Source: Eledone cirrhosa
Taxonomy: Eukaryota
Reading direction: 5' to 3'
NCBI GenBank assembly: GCA_964016885.1
Contig: OZ024756.1
Span: 4,030,001 to 4,094,000 of the forward strand
Length of the DNA stretch: 64,000 nt
Positions 12,009-27,399 of the stretch are shown here, piece after piece; positions within the stretch are counted from its first letter, which is position 1, and each line of letters starts with the position of its first letter. The notes below the pieces were generated by a model. That model was not told the origin of the DNA, searched no databases, and saw nothing but the letters and a program-made list of their open reading frames with translations. The position numbers and the translations under genes were made by a program.

Positions 12009-12271
12009 ATATTGAACTCCTTTAACCATCTTTTGATCTTATATTATGCATACTCCAGTCCCACAAACTGTAGAGTGCTTCTTATCCGATATCTGCATTG
12101 CTTTATTGTACTACAATAAAACTCACCTCCTACATTATGTATATATATATATATATGTATATCTATCTATATATGTATATATATATATATATGTATATCT
12201 ATCTATATATATATATATATATATGTATATCTATCTATGTATATATACATATATATGTACATCTATCTATC

Positions 12272-12364
<93 letters not shown>

Positions 12365-12372
12365 GTATATCT

Positions 12373-12419
<47 letters not shown>

Positions 12420-12476
12420 TATATAGAGAGAGAGAGAGAGAAAGAGAGAGAGATATATACATATAAATGTATATCT

Positions 12477-12561
<85 letters not shown>

Positions 12562-12586
12562 CATATATATATAGATATACATATAT

Positions 12587-13690
<1,104 letters not shown>

Positions 13691-13706
13691 GTATATATAT
13701 ATATAC

Positions 13707-13774
<68 letters not shown>

Positions 13775-13825
13775 GTATATATATATATATATATATATAC
13801 GTATATATATATATATATATATACG

Positions 13826-13861
<36 letters not shown>

Positions 13862-14094
13862 CATCCCGAGCTGAAGATCCGCGAAGGTATGGTGAACTAA
13901 CTGTTGTGTATCCACTTCTATATATATGTCTATATATATATATATGTATTTATATACATATATATATATGTATATACATATATATATGTATATATATATA
14001 CACATATATATATATATATGTATATGTATATATATATATATGTATATTTATATATAATATATAAGATCAAAAGATGGTTAAATGAGTTCCATGT

Positions 14095-14163
14095 ATTTTA
14101 TTATGCGCATTTCTAAAACAAATATCATCATGCAATAACATTTGTGTTTTCATCAGATAAAAT
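14095..14163 (-). ncRNA. Minimal hammerhead ribozyme (same family as 11.9 kb) in element 14060-14270
   Basis: attttat-CTGATGA-aaacacaaatgttattgcatgatgatatttgtttta-GAAA-tgcgca-TA-ataaaat; followed by the family tail in + orientation. Confidence 0.75.
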
Positions 14164-14354
14164 AGGGAGACATGATATGAAGGTTAAAAACACTTGTGGA
14201 TAGTGCAGTTTTAAATCTTATCCGATATCTGCATTGCTTTATTGTACTACAATAAAACCCACCTCCTACATATATATAGATATGTATATGTATATATATA
14301 TATGTATATATATTTATACATATATATATATATATGTTTATGTATATATATATG

Positions 14355-14405
<51 letters not shown>

Positions 14406-14574
14406 GTATATATATACATATATATACATATATATATGTATATAAATACATATGTATATATATATACATATATATATATATGTATATACATATATATATG
14501 TATATACATATATATACATATATATACATATATATATGTATATATATATATACATATATATATATATGTATATA

Positions 14575-14605
<31 letters not shown>

Positions 14606-14679
14606 GTATATATATACATATATATATATATGTATATATATACATATATATATGTATATATGTACATATATATATATAC

Positions 14680-14710
<31 letters not shown>

Positions 14711-15660
14711 CATATATATATGTATATACATATATATATATGTATATAAATACATATATATATATATACATATATATATATTCATATCTATATATTCATA
14801 TCTATATATACATTCATATATATATATACTTATATATATGTATATACATATATATATGTGTATATATACATATGTATATATTTACATATATATATATATG
14901 TGTATATATATATACATATATATATATATATGTATATATATACATATATATATGTATATATATACATATATATATATGTATATATATACATATATATTTA
15001 TATATATGTATATAAATATATATGTATATATACACATATATATGTATATATATACATATAAATATATATATACATATATATTTATATATATATATATGTA
15101 TATATATACATATGTATATATATATATTTATATATATATATATGTATATATATACATATGTATATATATACATATATATACATATATATATATATAGCCA
15201 CCACCATAATACATATATATATATATAGCCACCACCATAATACATACTCTAATTTAACACCAACACAACCACCAATAACTCAAACAAGGAATCCACAAAT
15301 CTGCCGCTTTTCCCTGCGAGACAGATTGTGTTTAGACCGGGATTGTCCCTTTACCCATCTCCCGGGGACCCGTCGGACAAATGAAAATAAAATTAAAAAT
15401 AAAAGCAAAAACAAAAACCATAACCTACATAAAAATAATCACCACCACAGTCACCAACAGTCTTCTAAACAGGAAACTTCTTCCTCTTTTTTAGCCATAA
15501 TGAATCTGGCAAAAGAACTGGAAAAAAACATTCGAGCTATCACCCAGCACCACCCTCCACTATCACCCCACTGCATAAACTCCCATTGCTGCCATTAACA
15601 AACAAACAAATTAACAACACACCAAAATAATTAAAACCATCCACTCTCGCCTCTACATTT

Positions 15661-16713
15661 TTGCTTAACGCCCAAGGCATCAGCCCTTCCACCAATACTC
15701 AAAAATGGAAGATCAAATTCCTGGAGGACTGGATTGATGTCCATCCAAACCACATCCCTTTCTTCGTCCTCACTGAAACCCATCTCAGTAACCTCCACTT
15801 GGAAGCCGAGGTGAAAGTGAAATATTTCAAAGCCATCCGTGCTGATCGCGCTGGCAGAAGAAAGGGCGGGACTGCCATTTATGTCCATAATTCTTTCTCA
15901 ACAGAGGCTATCAACATATTCACTAATGGATACTGCGAAGCAGTCACTGTATTCAGTCAAACCAACAACCTATTAGTAGTTGGGCTCTATAGGCCACCCC
16001 AAACGCCTGTACCATGCTTCAAGGAATGCCTCAACAGCATAAAGTGTTTCATCCAAGAGTGTCACCCTGACAACATCTTAATGATGGGGGACTTCAACCT
16101 CCCCGGAGTTGACTGGTCCACAAACAGCCTGCCACCAGGTTCTTCTGCCTCAACCTCTGACAGGGAAGCTGTGGAATCGCTTCTTGACTTCATGGATGAT
16201 TTCTTCCTATCCCAACTGGTGCTCGAACCAACGAGGTGCCACAAAAACGTCCTAGACTTAATTTTCAGCAATCACACTGACAATATCCACAATATTGCAG
16301 TGGAGAAAACTCTACTCTCTGATCATGACATGGTTCTCTGTGATCTGAGATTCCACCGTCCAATATACAAACCCAATGTCATCTCTCCTGTCCATCCGTT
16401 TGACGCTATGGACTTCCACAATGCAAACTGGGAAGCGATCAGTCATGATCTTGCACATGTCGACTGGTCCTTCACACACACTCATACACCGACTAACATC
16501 AACAAGTCTTGGCAGACATTTGTGGACACTGTTACAAACATATGTGCAAAACACACCCCATTAAGAACTATAAACAAATCTAAGAGCAGAATCCCTAGAA
16601 ATAGAAAAACGCTCATCAGAAAAATTAAGAGAACGAACAAAAAAAATCAACAAGCTGAAATACTGTCAGCAGCAACACATCAACTTGACTGCCATTTCAT
16701 CACTAGAGATTAA
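15661..16713 (+). pseudogene. LINE ORF2 apurinic-like endonuclease domain
   Basis: LNAQG, LTETHL, YRPP, MGDFN, LDLIF, SDH motifs; frameshift at the A-run near 16640. Confidence 0.93.
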
Positions 16714-18599
16714 AAAACATAACCTCCAAAACAGCATAATGTCCCTCATCAACAATCAGAGAAGAGCTGAAGAGGCCTGGGCCATTGAGAAGATCAAACT
16801 CAATCCCAAAGTGTTCTTTTCATTTGCAAAAAAACACAAAATCACTGGCTCTACTGTTGGCCCTCTAATTGATGAAAATGGCACTCTTCAAGACAATGCT
16901 AAAACCATGGGTGAGATACTGCAGAAACAATACTGCTCTGTTTTCACCAATCCTGATATGGCCGATCTGGGCTGTATCGGCGATGTTATTCCCCATTACA
17001 CCTTATCGGACATAACGTTTGGCGCCCCTGATGTCTTAGTGGCAATAAAGGAAATCAAGCATAATTCAGCAGTAGGTCCCGATAGGTTCCCTGCTTGTGT
17101 CTTGAAGGCGTGTCAACACCAACTTGCATCTCCTCTTGCCAATCTGTGGCGGAACTCACTGGATGCTGGATATGTGCCAGAAAACCTTCTATCCCAGTCT
17201 GTTGTCCCAGTTTTCAAAAAAGGAAACAAATCCCTTGCCGTGAATTACCGTCCAATCTCACTCACCTCTCATATCATTAAGGTATTTGAGAGAGTGGTGA
17301 GATCGCGAATAACCCACTTCCTTGAGAGTAACAATATGCTGAACTCCAACCAGCATGGATTCCGTAATGGAAGGGATTGCCTGACGCAGCTACTGCATCA
17401 CTTTGATGACATTTTGAGAGCCTTGGGAGAGAGTTCCAACACTGATGTTATCTACCTTGATTTCAGCAAGGCCTTTGACAGGGTTGATCATAACATTCTA
17501 CTGAGAAAACTGTCCAATATTGGTGTCACTGGAAAGCTGCTGCAGTGGATCAAGAGCTTCCTGTCAAACAGAACCAAACATGTTGTAGTTGAAGGAGTCA
17601 AATCCAGCCCAGCCAAAGTCAGTAGTGGGGTCCCACAAGGCACTGTGTTGGGCCCACTTCTCTTCATCATCTATATTAATGACATCACTGACATCATCAA
17701 ACACAGCAACATTAAAATTTTCGCTGATGATTCCAAGCTCCAAAAGGTCATCAATGGCGTGGATGACCGGATAAGCCTTCAGTCAGACCTACTGGCTGTT
17801 ACCCAATGGGCGGAAAAGAACAACATGTTACTGAACGAAGACAAATTCGAACTGATCCACTTTGGAAAAGAGGATGCTCTGAAACTCCCGTACTCCCTTC
17901 CCTCCGGGGAAACTCTCGTGGCATCTAACAACATCAGAGACTTGGGAGTAACCGTGGACAGCAACATAAGCTGGGCCACGCATATAAGCAACAAAGTTGA
18001 CATGGCCCGCAGAATGTGTTCCTGGATCCCCAGAACCTTCCAGTCGAGAGATTCCCACACCATTATCCTTCTCTTCTCTACTTTTGCCCGACCACACCTT
18101 GAATACTGTTGTCCACTGTGGTCTCCCCACACGAAACAAAGTATCATGAAACTTGAAGCTCCTGAAAGGGCAATCACGAAAAAGATAGATGGCATGTCAG
18201 ACCTTGACTACTGGGGTCGATTAGAAAACCTGAAACTTTACTCACTCCAACGTCGCCGTGAGCGTTATATTATCTGCATGATGTGGAAAATGTTCCATCA
18301 TCACTGCCCAAATGATGTTGGCATCGCCTTCAAGATACACCCAAGGCTTGGGCCCCGTGCTATCCGTCCCATACAAAAATCTAAATCGCAACTCATAACA
18401 ACAATACGGCACAATTATTTCACCTCAATCGGCCCTGCTCTCTTCAACATCACACCAGGACACGTCAAAACAGAAACTGACCACACAAAATTCTTTGGAC
18501 AAATTCCTCCAAGTAATCCCGGACAAACCACCCACACCCGGATATGTCTCCGCAAACAGTAATTCTCTTCTCGAATGGGCCATGGTGCCCAAATCCTGA
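16685..18599 (+). pseudogene. LINE ORF2 reverse transcriptase domain
   Basis: NYRPISLTS, QHGFR, YLDFSKAFDRVDH, GVPQGTVLGPLLF, FADD, RPHLEYCCPLWSP; 8-nt deletion near 18492 relative to the 13 kb copy. Confidence 0.95.
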
Positions 18600-18969
18600 A
18601 TTGAAAGACTTCGCCAGGTGGTGCTATTAAGTTAGACCTGGCCTGGACCAATACTGGCCAAAACATTTCAAAGTTATTCAAAGTTATTCAAAGTTATACA
18701 TATATATATGTATATACATATATATATGTATATAAATACATATATATATATACATAAAAATATATTCATATCTATATATATATATTCATATATATATATA
18801 TATACATATATATATGTATATACATATATATATGTGTATATATACATATGTATATATATACATATATATATATATGTGGGTGGGGAGGGTATATATAATG
18901 TATGCATTTATATACATGGATATATATATTTTATATATTTCCATATATATACATGTGTGCATGTGCGTG

Positions 18970-19015
<46 letters not shown>

Positions 19016-19171
19016 TACATGTACATATGTACATATACACACATCCCCTTACTATATTTCTTTATTTTTTTTTTTTTATACATTTCTTTTATTATTACTT
19101 TTATTTATTTTTTGCCCGTTAAACTTTTGCCTTTCTTGAGATATGTTTCAAATATTTCACCATGTTTTAAT

Positions 19172-19242
19172 TTGCCTTGTCTGACGAACGAATGACGTTT
19201 CTTGTATTCGTCTTATTCGGGATACCTTTGGTAATGAGGTAA
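19172..19242 (+). ncRNA. Hammerhead ribozyme with GAAA>GATA mutation, followed by tail with GAGCACTC (19295)
   Basis: ttgccttgt-CTGACGA-acgaatgacg...cgtcttattcgg-GATA-cctttgg-TA-atgaggtaa. Confidence 0.6.
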
Positions 19243-19346
19243 TTATATTGTATTGTTTATTATACATTACATATTTAGCTCTGTAACTTACATAGAGCAC
19301 TCTTCATTCCTCTGACTTTTTCAAATTTCAACGGAAACATCGATAC

Positions 19347-19381
<35 letters not shown>

Positions 19382-21199
19382 AAAATGTATGACCACGACG
19401 GCGGAGCTCAAGCCGTTTCGGCGGCTATTTCTGGACTAAATTTGAAATTTTAGCGTATATATATATATATATATATATAATATGTCTATAGTAATATACA
19501 TATACTCACACAAATACACACGTATATATATAACATGACTAAATAGCGCAAAACATTTTGTTTAAAGCTCTACTGATTCTACCAATACACCGCTCTCAAA
19601 TAGCGTCATATAAAGTAACATGAAAAGAAAGAAATTGCGTAAATTATTTGGTTCAATCCTCCGTTGAAATGTTTGGAAAATAGAAATTAAAAGAAAGAAG
19701 AAAGACAGCAATAAATAAATAGTTAAAAATAAAAATAAAATAAACGAGAAGAAAAATTGATAGAATGAAAAAATCAAAAACGAAGAAGAGAGAGAGGAAG
19801 ATGAAGAAAGAAGAAAAGTTGATGAAAATGTGAAAAGAAAAAAACGGTGAAAGGAAGAAAAATGAATAAATAAATAGAACGAGAAAAATAAAGAAAACTA
19901 AGAAGAAAGAAGGAAATAAAGAAGGAAAGAAATACATTGAGGAAAGAAATATAGAAAGAAGGAAAGAAAGAAAATATCCAAAAATAAAAAAATAAAAGGA
20001 ATGAGAAAGAGAAAAAAAGAAAGAAGGGAAAATAATGATTTTAAAAAGAACGAAACAAAGAAAGTAAGAAGGAAAGAAAGAAGGAAAGCAAAAAAGGAAG
20101 AAAAGAAGAAAGAAAGAGATAGAAAGAGAGCAAGGAAGAAAGACAGAAAGAGAGCAAAAAAGAAAGAGAGAGACAGAGAGCAAGGAAGGAAGGAAGAAAG
20201 GAAGGAAGGAAGAGGGCAAGAAAGAAAGAAAGAGGGCAGCAAGAAAGAAAGAAGAAAGGAAGCAAGAAAGAGATAGAAAAAGCGCAAGAAAGAGATAGAA
20301 AAAGCGCAAGAAAGAAAGAAAGAAAGAAAGAAAGAAAAAGCAGGGAAAAAGGAAAAAGGACAGAAAGAGAGTGAGAAAGACAGAGAGCAAGGAAGAAAGA
20401 AATACAAAAATATGAAGTCATTGAAGTTGCTAAAAATGAAGGAATAAGGTGTTGTGATGGCGTTCAACCTGTTTTCCAGATGTTTCTTCGTCATTTTTTG
20501 TTTCTTCCTCATTTTGTGTTTCTATTTTTTCTTTCCTTTTTTCTTCTTCCATTTCTTTTTTCATTTTTTGTTATATTCTTCGTTCATTCTTTTTTTTAAA
20601 TATTCTTTTTTTTCTTTTTTTAATATATTTTCCTTCCTTTAATATTCTTTCGTTTTAACCATTAATGTAGCTGTTTCCCAGATGTGTGTTTTCTTTTATT
20701 CTCTCCCCTTACACATCCCCCTCCTCTCCCTCCTTCAATCACTATCAACGCATCTCCCCCCTTAAATTTACACTACCCCACTCCCTACACCTTCCGTCCT
20801 TCATCCTTTCTCCGTCAGTCAAACGAAATTCCATATTTCACCCCCCCCCCCCCCCCCCCCCCACCCCACCCCCTCATCTCCCTCCTCCCTCTCATCCACT
20901 CACCCTCCCTCACCTCTCTCACTTTCCCTCCCTCTTGCTCTCTCTTTCTCAGTTTTCGTCTGTTGCAAGAGAAAGAGAATGTGAGAGATTTTGACAAGAA
21001 TCTGTATTTCTAATGTGTGTTGAAGATCAACCAACGGCCTCGGTACGACCACCCTCTACCCCACACCCCACCTTACTAACCAATCCCTACCCCACCCCAC
21101 CATCACAACACCAACTGCCTCAGTCCGACTACAAATCACCCCACACCTGGCCACACCCACCAATCTTACAACTGCCTCAGTACCACCACTCTACCAATT

Positions 21200-21850
21200 A
21201 ACCAGCCAATCAGCCGATCAAGCAGCCAGTCATATAACTTCACACCCAACTAACCAGCCACCCAACTAACCTCTCACCCAAATAACCTCACGCCCAACTA
21301 CCTCACACCCAAAGAACCTCTCACCCAACTACCTCTCACCCAAATAACCTCTCACCCAACTACCCAGTCACCCAACAAACCAGTCACCCAACTAATCAAC
21401 CACCTGACTAACCAGTCACCATACAAACCAGTCACACAGCAAACGAGTCACCCAACTAACCTCTCACCCAACTAACCAGCCACCCCAGTAACCTCTCACC
21501 CAACAAATCAGTCTCCCAACTACCCAATCACCAATCAAACCAGTCACCCGACTAACCACCAAACAAATTAGTCACCCAACTAACATGTCACCCAATCACC
21601 CAGTCACCCAACTACCTAGTCACCCAACTACCCAGTCACCCAACTAACCTGTCACTCAACTTCCTAGTCACCCAACTAACCTGTCACCCAAGTAACCACC
21701 CAACAAACCAGTCACCCAACTACCCAGTCACCCAACAAACCAGTCACCCAAGTAACCAATCACCCAACAAACCAGTCACCCAACTAACTTCTCACCCAAG
21801 TAACCAATCATCCAACTAACTTCTCACCCTACTAACTAGTCACTCACCAA
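21200..21850. repeat. Degenerate ~16-bp minisatellite (aaccagtcacccaact-like)
   Basis: Recurrent cacccaac units. Confidence 0.8.
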
Positions 21851-22096
21851 CCAGCCAGCCAACCAATCAGCCAACGACATTCCACCAACCAGCCAAGCAA
21901 CCACCCAGCTAGTCATCTAGTCACACCACCAATTAACCAGCCACCCTACCAAACAACCACCCTACCAGACACCCATCCCTTCCACCAACCAACCATCCAA
22001 CCACCCAGCCCTTCCATCAACCATCCAGTCCCACCACCAACCGACCAGCCATCTAGCCCTTCCACTAACCAACCTACCACCTAACACACACACACA

Positions 22097-22144
<48 letters not shown>

Positions 22145-22652
22145 GTCTTCTTCTCATCCAAACAGTGGCACCTTAACGTCTTCTACAGATGGCCAGATGG
22201 TCGCAGACTTTAGAAAAATACAAACTGCTGCTATTCCTTGCAATAATCACTTCACCATATGTCCTCCTCTCACTTCTCTCCCCTCCCCTCACCTGTTTCT
22301 ATCTATCTCTCTCTCTCGCTGCCCCCCACTCTCTCTGTACCTCTCTCCTCTTCCCTCACCCGTTTCTCTCTCTCTCCTCTTCCCTCATCCGTTTCTCTCT
22401 CTCTTTCACGCACACACTCTCTCCCTCTCTCCACATATATCTGTCATTCTATCTCTCTCCACATATCTGTCATTCTATCTCTCTCCATATCTGTCACCCT
22501 CTCCCCCTCTCTCCCTCTTCCTCTCCCTCCCTCTCTCTCCCTCCCTCTTCCCCTCTCTCCGTCTCTCTCTCTCCCTCTTCCTCTCTCTCTCTCTCTCCGC
22601 TATTCATATCTCTCTCTCCCTTTCTCTCTCTCTCCCACTCTCTCTCCCTCTC

Positions 22653-22689
<37 letters not shown>

Positions 22690-22819
22690 CAAAACGTTCT
22701 CTTACTTTCATTATTCCATCTCTCTCCCTGCCTCTCTAACATTCTTTCTCTGTCACCCTCTCCCTGTTAGTCACTTTAACTCTCTCTCTCATTCTCTCTT
22801 ACTTCATTATTTCCTAGGA

Positions 22820-23815
22820 AGGGCGGTGGATTGGCAGTATCGGTAGAGGGTCGGACGCCATACTTTGCATCATAGGGTTACGTCCCTTTACGGCCCGAGT
22901 TCAAATCCTGCCGAGGTTAACTTTGCCTTTCATCCTTACGGGGTCGATAAAATAAAGTACCAGTAATACACTGGAATAATTGGGCCTTGTGCCAAAAGTA
23001 CATACAATTATTTCACTGGATTGGCAGTAGAGCGTCGGGCAACATGCTTGCGGCATAGAGTTACGGCCCTGGAATCTTAAAAGACGAAGTCGTACTTGGT
23101 GGAATTTGAACTTAGATCAGTAAAAGCTTCAACACAATGTTACTATGTATTTCACAATTATTCTAAGGACTATGTCAAATAGAAATAATCAGTAGAGCGT
23201 CGGACAATATTCTTTGCGGCATAGAGTTACGTCCCTTTACGTTCGGAGTTCAAATCCCGTTGAGGTTAACTTTGCCTTTCATCTTTACGGGGTCGATAAA
23301 ATAAAGTACCAGTAACCCACTGGATCGATTTAATCGACTTTCGTCACTCACAAAATTGCTGGCCTTGTGCCTAAATCAGAAACCATTATTTCCTTTGATA
23401 AGGCGGTGGGTTGGCAGTATCGGTAGAGGGTCGGACGCCATGCTTTGACGTATAGAGTTTCGGCCCTTGCCATTCTGAGTTCAAATCCCGCCGAGGTTAA
23501 CTTTGCCTTTCATCCTTACGGGGTCGATAAAATAAAGTACCAGTAATACACTGGGTAATTGCTGGCCTTGTGCCAAAAGTAGAAACAATTATTTCCTTTG
23601 ATTGTCAGAATCGGTGGAGCTTTGGACAAAAGGCCTTGTGGTATCGTGTTAAGACATTCTGCGATCTGAGTTCAAATCCCACCGAGGTCAGCTTTGTACT
23701 TCATTCTTCTGTGGGGGTGTGGGTATTAAAATATAGTACCTGTCTAGGGCTGATATAATTATTTTTCCCCTCCCTTCAAATTGCTGGCCTTGTGACTCCT
23801 ATATCAGAAATCATT
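22820..23815 (+). mobile_element. Head-to-tail cluster of about five tRNA-derived SINEs
   Basis: Repeated ggcggtggattggcagtatcggtagagggtcggacg...gttcaaatcc...ggtcgataaaataaagtaccag units. Confidence 0.85.
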
Positions 23816-23980
23816 TTTTCATCTCTCTCCTCCTCTCCTCCAGCATTGTCTCTTTTCTATCCACTTCACCTGTCTTCTTCCTTCATTTCTTTCCTTCCAT
23901 TTGTCTCTCTATCTCTCTCCCCCCACCCGTCCCTTCTCTCTTCTCTCTCTTTCCTTCTCTCTCTTTTCTGTCTCTCTCTT

Positions 23981-24017
<37 letters not shown>

Positions 24018-24559
24018 AAGTTTGTCCTCATCAGTGGCCATCCAACCGTCGTAGGCATTTCGTCGCATTAAAGGCCATATACCTCAGGTTGGTGCGAGCA
24101 ACGGCTAAAAAAAAGTCGTTGGGACACGTAAATAAAGGGGACGCTAGGGCAAACAGACAAAATGGTTTAAGCAACAGAAAGTGATGAAGAAGGAAACAAG
24201 TCCCAGATTTCTATGAATATAAATTAGGTGGAATCGTGAACGAGAGAATAAAGACCATCAAACCTGGTTGAAATGTGAGCAAGGGAGGAATTTCGCACAG
24301 GTCTAACGGGAGGAAGAAGGGGTCTGGTCTGCGAATTCGGTAAACATAAGTTCTGTGAAGTCGCAGACGAGAGAGAGAGAAAAAAAATTCATGCCGGCTT
24401 GGTTAAGTGCCCGCGAGAAAAGGATTACGGACAGGTCAAATGGGAAGAAAGGGGAGGAGGAGAGGTAGTGACAGAGAGTGAGTGAGTGAAAGGTGAGGAA
24501 GAGGCTAACAGAGAGAGAGACTGCTAGAAAGGGTAAAGACACAAAGAACATATATATAT

Positions 24560-24873
24560 ATAAGGAAAAAATATGAAATCGAAAATGTAACTGGAGTCTT
24601 TTTTTATAAAAATATATATTTATTTGGTTCCTTTACCGGTTTCGCAGTTCTTCGGTTTGTGGTTTCTCTCGTGAGAAAAACCACAGACTCTCCATCTCAA
24701 TTCTACTTTTGAAAAGCAGAACTGCTGCGAAACCGGTAAAGGAACCAAATATATATATATTTTTATATAAAAAGACTCCAGTTGCATTTTAGATTTCATC
24801 TTTTTTCCTTATACTTTCACTCGTGTAGGACACCTCGTTTTTTTTTCATTTTGTAAAAAAAACTCACTTTCTA
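24560..24873 (+). mobile_element. Fold-back element containing only the 3' half of a hammerhead
   Basis: About 24560-24646 inverted at about 24726-24812; GAAA-ccgg-TA-aaggaa on both arms; unpaired tail 24813-24873. Confidence 0.65.
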
Positions 24874-24894
24874 ATATATATATATATATTATTA

Positions 24895-25120
24895 TAAATG
24901 TAAGCTATCGCCGTATTTTGACTAAAGAAATTAAAGAAATTATTTAGCCTGATAGTGGGGTTAAGAACCCTCGGAGAATACTCATCTTTTTCCATTTCTC
25001 CGAGGGTTCTTAACCCCACTATCAGGCTAAATAATTTCTTTAATTTCTTTAGTCAAAATACGGCGATAGCTTACATTTAAAATAATTTCAAACTCGCTCG
25101 CTGATTCTAAAATATTAGTA

Positions 25121-25123
<3 letters not shown>
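24895..25123 (+). mobile_element. Fold-back element with 84-bp perfect arms and unpaired tail
   Basis: 24895-24978 is the reverse complement of 24996-25079; TA-flanked; no intact hammerhead seen. Confidence 0.65.
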
Positions 25124-25174
<51 letters not shown>

Positions 25175-25539
25175 CATAATATATATATATATATATATAC
25201 ATACATAATATATATATATATATATACATACATAATATATATATATAATATATATATACATACATAATATATATTATATATATATATACTTACATAATAT
25301 ATATATATATAATATATATATATGTATACATAATATATATATATATATATATACATACATAATATATATATATAATATATATATATCTACATACATAATA
25401 TATATATATAATATATATACATACATAATATATATTTATATATAATACATAATATATATATATAATATATATATACATACATAATATATATATATATACA
25501 TACATAATATATATATATAATATATATATATATACATAC

Positions 25540-25636
<97 letters not shown>

Positions 25637-25797
25637 AGGTGTATTATTGGTTGTGTCATACGGTCCAATAAACTTTTGTTACCAATATTAAGTTCTCCAC
25701 GCTTTTGTATATCTCCAATTCCATTTATGGGAACAGCTAGATGATGTAAAACGGAGTATTTGTATCGAAATAAAGATCCGAAGGCATAGTATTTTAA

Positions 25798-25871
25798 TCA
25801 CGACACATGTTTCAATAAGAGATAGATCGATCGTGCGGCCATGATCGATTATCACTGATCTCGTCAGGTGA
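25798..25871 (-). ncRNA. Hammerhead ribozyme with extended stem II
   Basis: tcac-CTGACGA-gatcagtgataatcgatc...gatcgatctatctcttatt-GAAA-catgtg-TC-gtga. Confidence 0.65.
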
Positions 25872-25955
25872 GAATGAATTGTCTTCAAATCCTTGATATG
25901 AGGGAAAAAATTTAACGATGTTCACTCACTAGAGTTTTGTCCCACATTTTGATAC

Positions 25956-25993
<38 letters not shown>

Positions 25994-26034
25994 CGAAACA
26001 TAAGTCAATTGCATGAACTCATAATCCTTTATTT

Positions 26035-26090
26035 ACTGCTATATATATTTCGATGATAGCCATTGAATGGCTATGACCTCATCAGGCAGT
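26035..26090 (-). ncRNA. Minimal hammerhead ribozyme
   Basis: actgc-CTGATGA-ggtcatagccatt c aatggctatcatc-GAAA-tatata-TA-gcagt; a 5'-clipped copy lies at 57191-57280 (+). Confidence 0.82.
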
Positions 26091-26351
26091 TAGTCAGTTC
26101 TTAGATATGCCAGCTTTGTGTGTCGATGGTATCAGAGCCTTGGGGCATATACATACATAATATATTCGATATGTCTCATAAGAAATAATACAGCCAATTT
26201 TCCACGCAATACTTTTAGTTAGCACCCCGAACGCATAATTAGGAATATAATCACTTATTTCCTAATGTTTGTTGAGTGAGTTGGAATTTGGCCGGAGTAT
26301 CGCTACAAAGCTTTCTCCGATATTGCATTTACATAATATATATATATTTAC

Positions 26352-26390
<39 letters not shown>

Positions 26391-26395
<5 letters not shown>

Positions 26396-26583
26396 AACAA
26401 GTAAGACCCCGACGGCTGAGCTCAAGCCGTTTCGACGGCTAATTCTCGACGAATTAGCCGTCGAAACGGCTTGAGCTCAGCCGTCGGGGTCTTACTTGTT
26501 CCTATTACCCACTCTACTACCCTAAGTATTGAGTAATTTGGTGCGTTATGGTCCACCTGGTTCCTTACCACATTTCCTTCGTT
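26391..26583 (+). mobile_element. Fold-back mini-element, 'GAAACGGCTTGAG' family, 55-bp perfect arms
   Basis: 26391-26445 / 26451-26505 perfect inverted repeat; family tail 26506-26583. Confidence 0.8.
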
Positions 26584-27399
26584 ATATATATATATATATA
26601 TTCTTCGGCTCTGTTTAATTACATTGAGCTATACCTTTACTGTCATTTCTATAATACGAAGAGGGTGTTTAACTCCAACACACTCTAGTATTTTAATTCT
26701 TATATATATATATATATACTTTTAACACTCTTTCGTTCTATATTCCGTTCTTCCTTTTTTCTTTCTTTCTTTATTCATTTATTTCCTTTCTCCCTTCTTC
26801 CCGTTCTTTCATGAATCTTTCATAGTCCACAGAGTTAGTCTTATGAATTAGAGGTACCAGTCATTCTTCGCCCTCTGTGTAGACTGCAATAACTTGAAAT
26901 ACATTGTTTTGTTCAAAGACACATACTCCGGGAATCGAAAAGTACTTCTAGGAATCGAACTCTTAACCACTCGATCGGGAACAGAACACCTTAATCACTA
27001 AGACACAAATCTTCACAAATCTTACTTAACCTTTTAATACTGTTTTAGAACGAATCCATATGATGTCCCTTTGTAGAAATGTTTGCAAATATTTAAATCA
27101 GCTATCAACTTTTACAGTTCGTTTCGCTGTTATTCTTACAGTTAATTTAGCTTCAGTTAATTTCACCCCCTGCTCCAAGACACAATACAAGATAAACCGT
27201 AATCTACATCAAATCAAAACAAAACACTACAGACAACCGTCTAAATAAATTTAGCTCTTAACATTTACGTTTGAATTTCTTGATAATGGCTACATTTTTA
27301 ATGAAATTATACATACATTATGAAAAATAAAATAAAACAAAACAACAAAAGAGAGAATTGTTAAGCAACAAAAGAAAGGGGGATGAGAGAGGGTGACAG

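Larger units (their letters stand above)
11811..12134 (+). mobile_element. Fold-back PLE mini-element with hammerheads on both strands
   Basis: 11811-11919 is essentially a perfect reverse complement of 11938-12046; tail with GAGTGCT at 12073. Confidence 0.85.
15240..18697 (+). mobile_element. CR1-group (CR1/L2/Crack-like) LINE, ORF1 end plus complete but frameshifted ORF2
   Basis: APE domain followed by RT; tail (aaagttattc)n; embedded in (TA)n. Confidence 0.9.

Noticed and set aside
13871-13917. CTGAAGA hammerhead-like core
   Set aside because: No downstream GAAA or closing stem I.
19653-20642. Phe/Leu/Ser-rich membrane-like and Lys/Arg/Glu-rich ORFs
   Set aside because: Low-complexity purine/pyrimidine tracts.
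22820-22915. tRNA-like sequences with A and B boxes
   Set aside because: No complete cloverleaf; always fused to the SINE core and tail.
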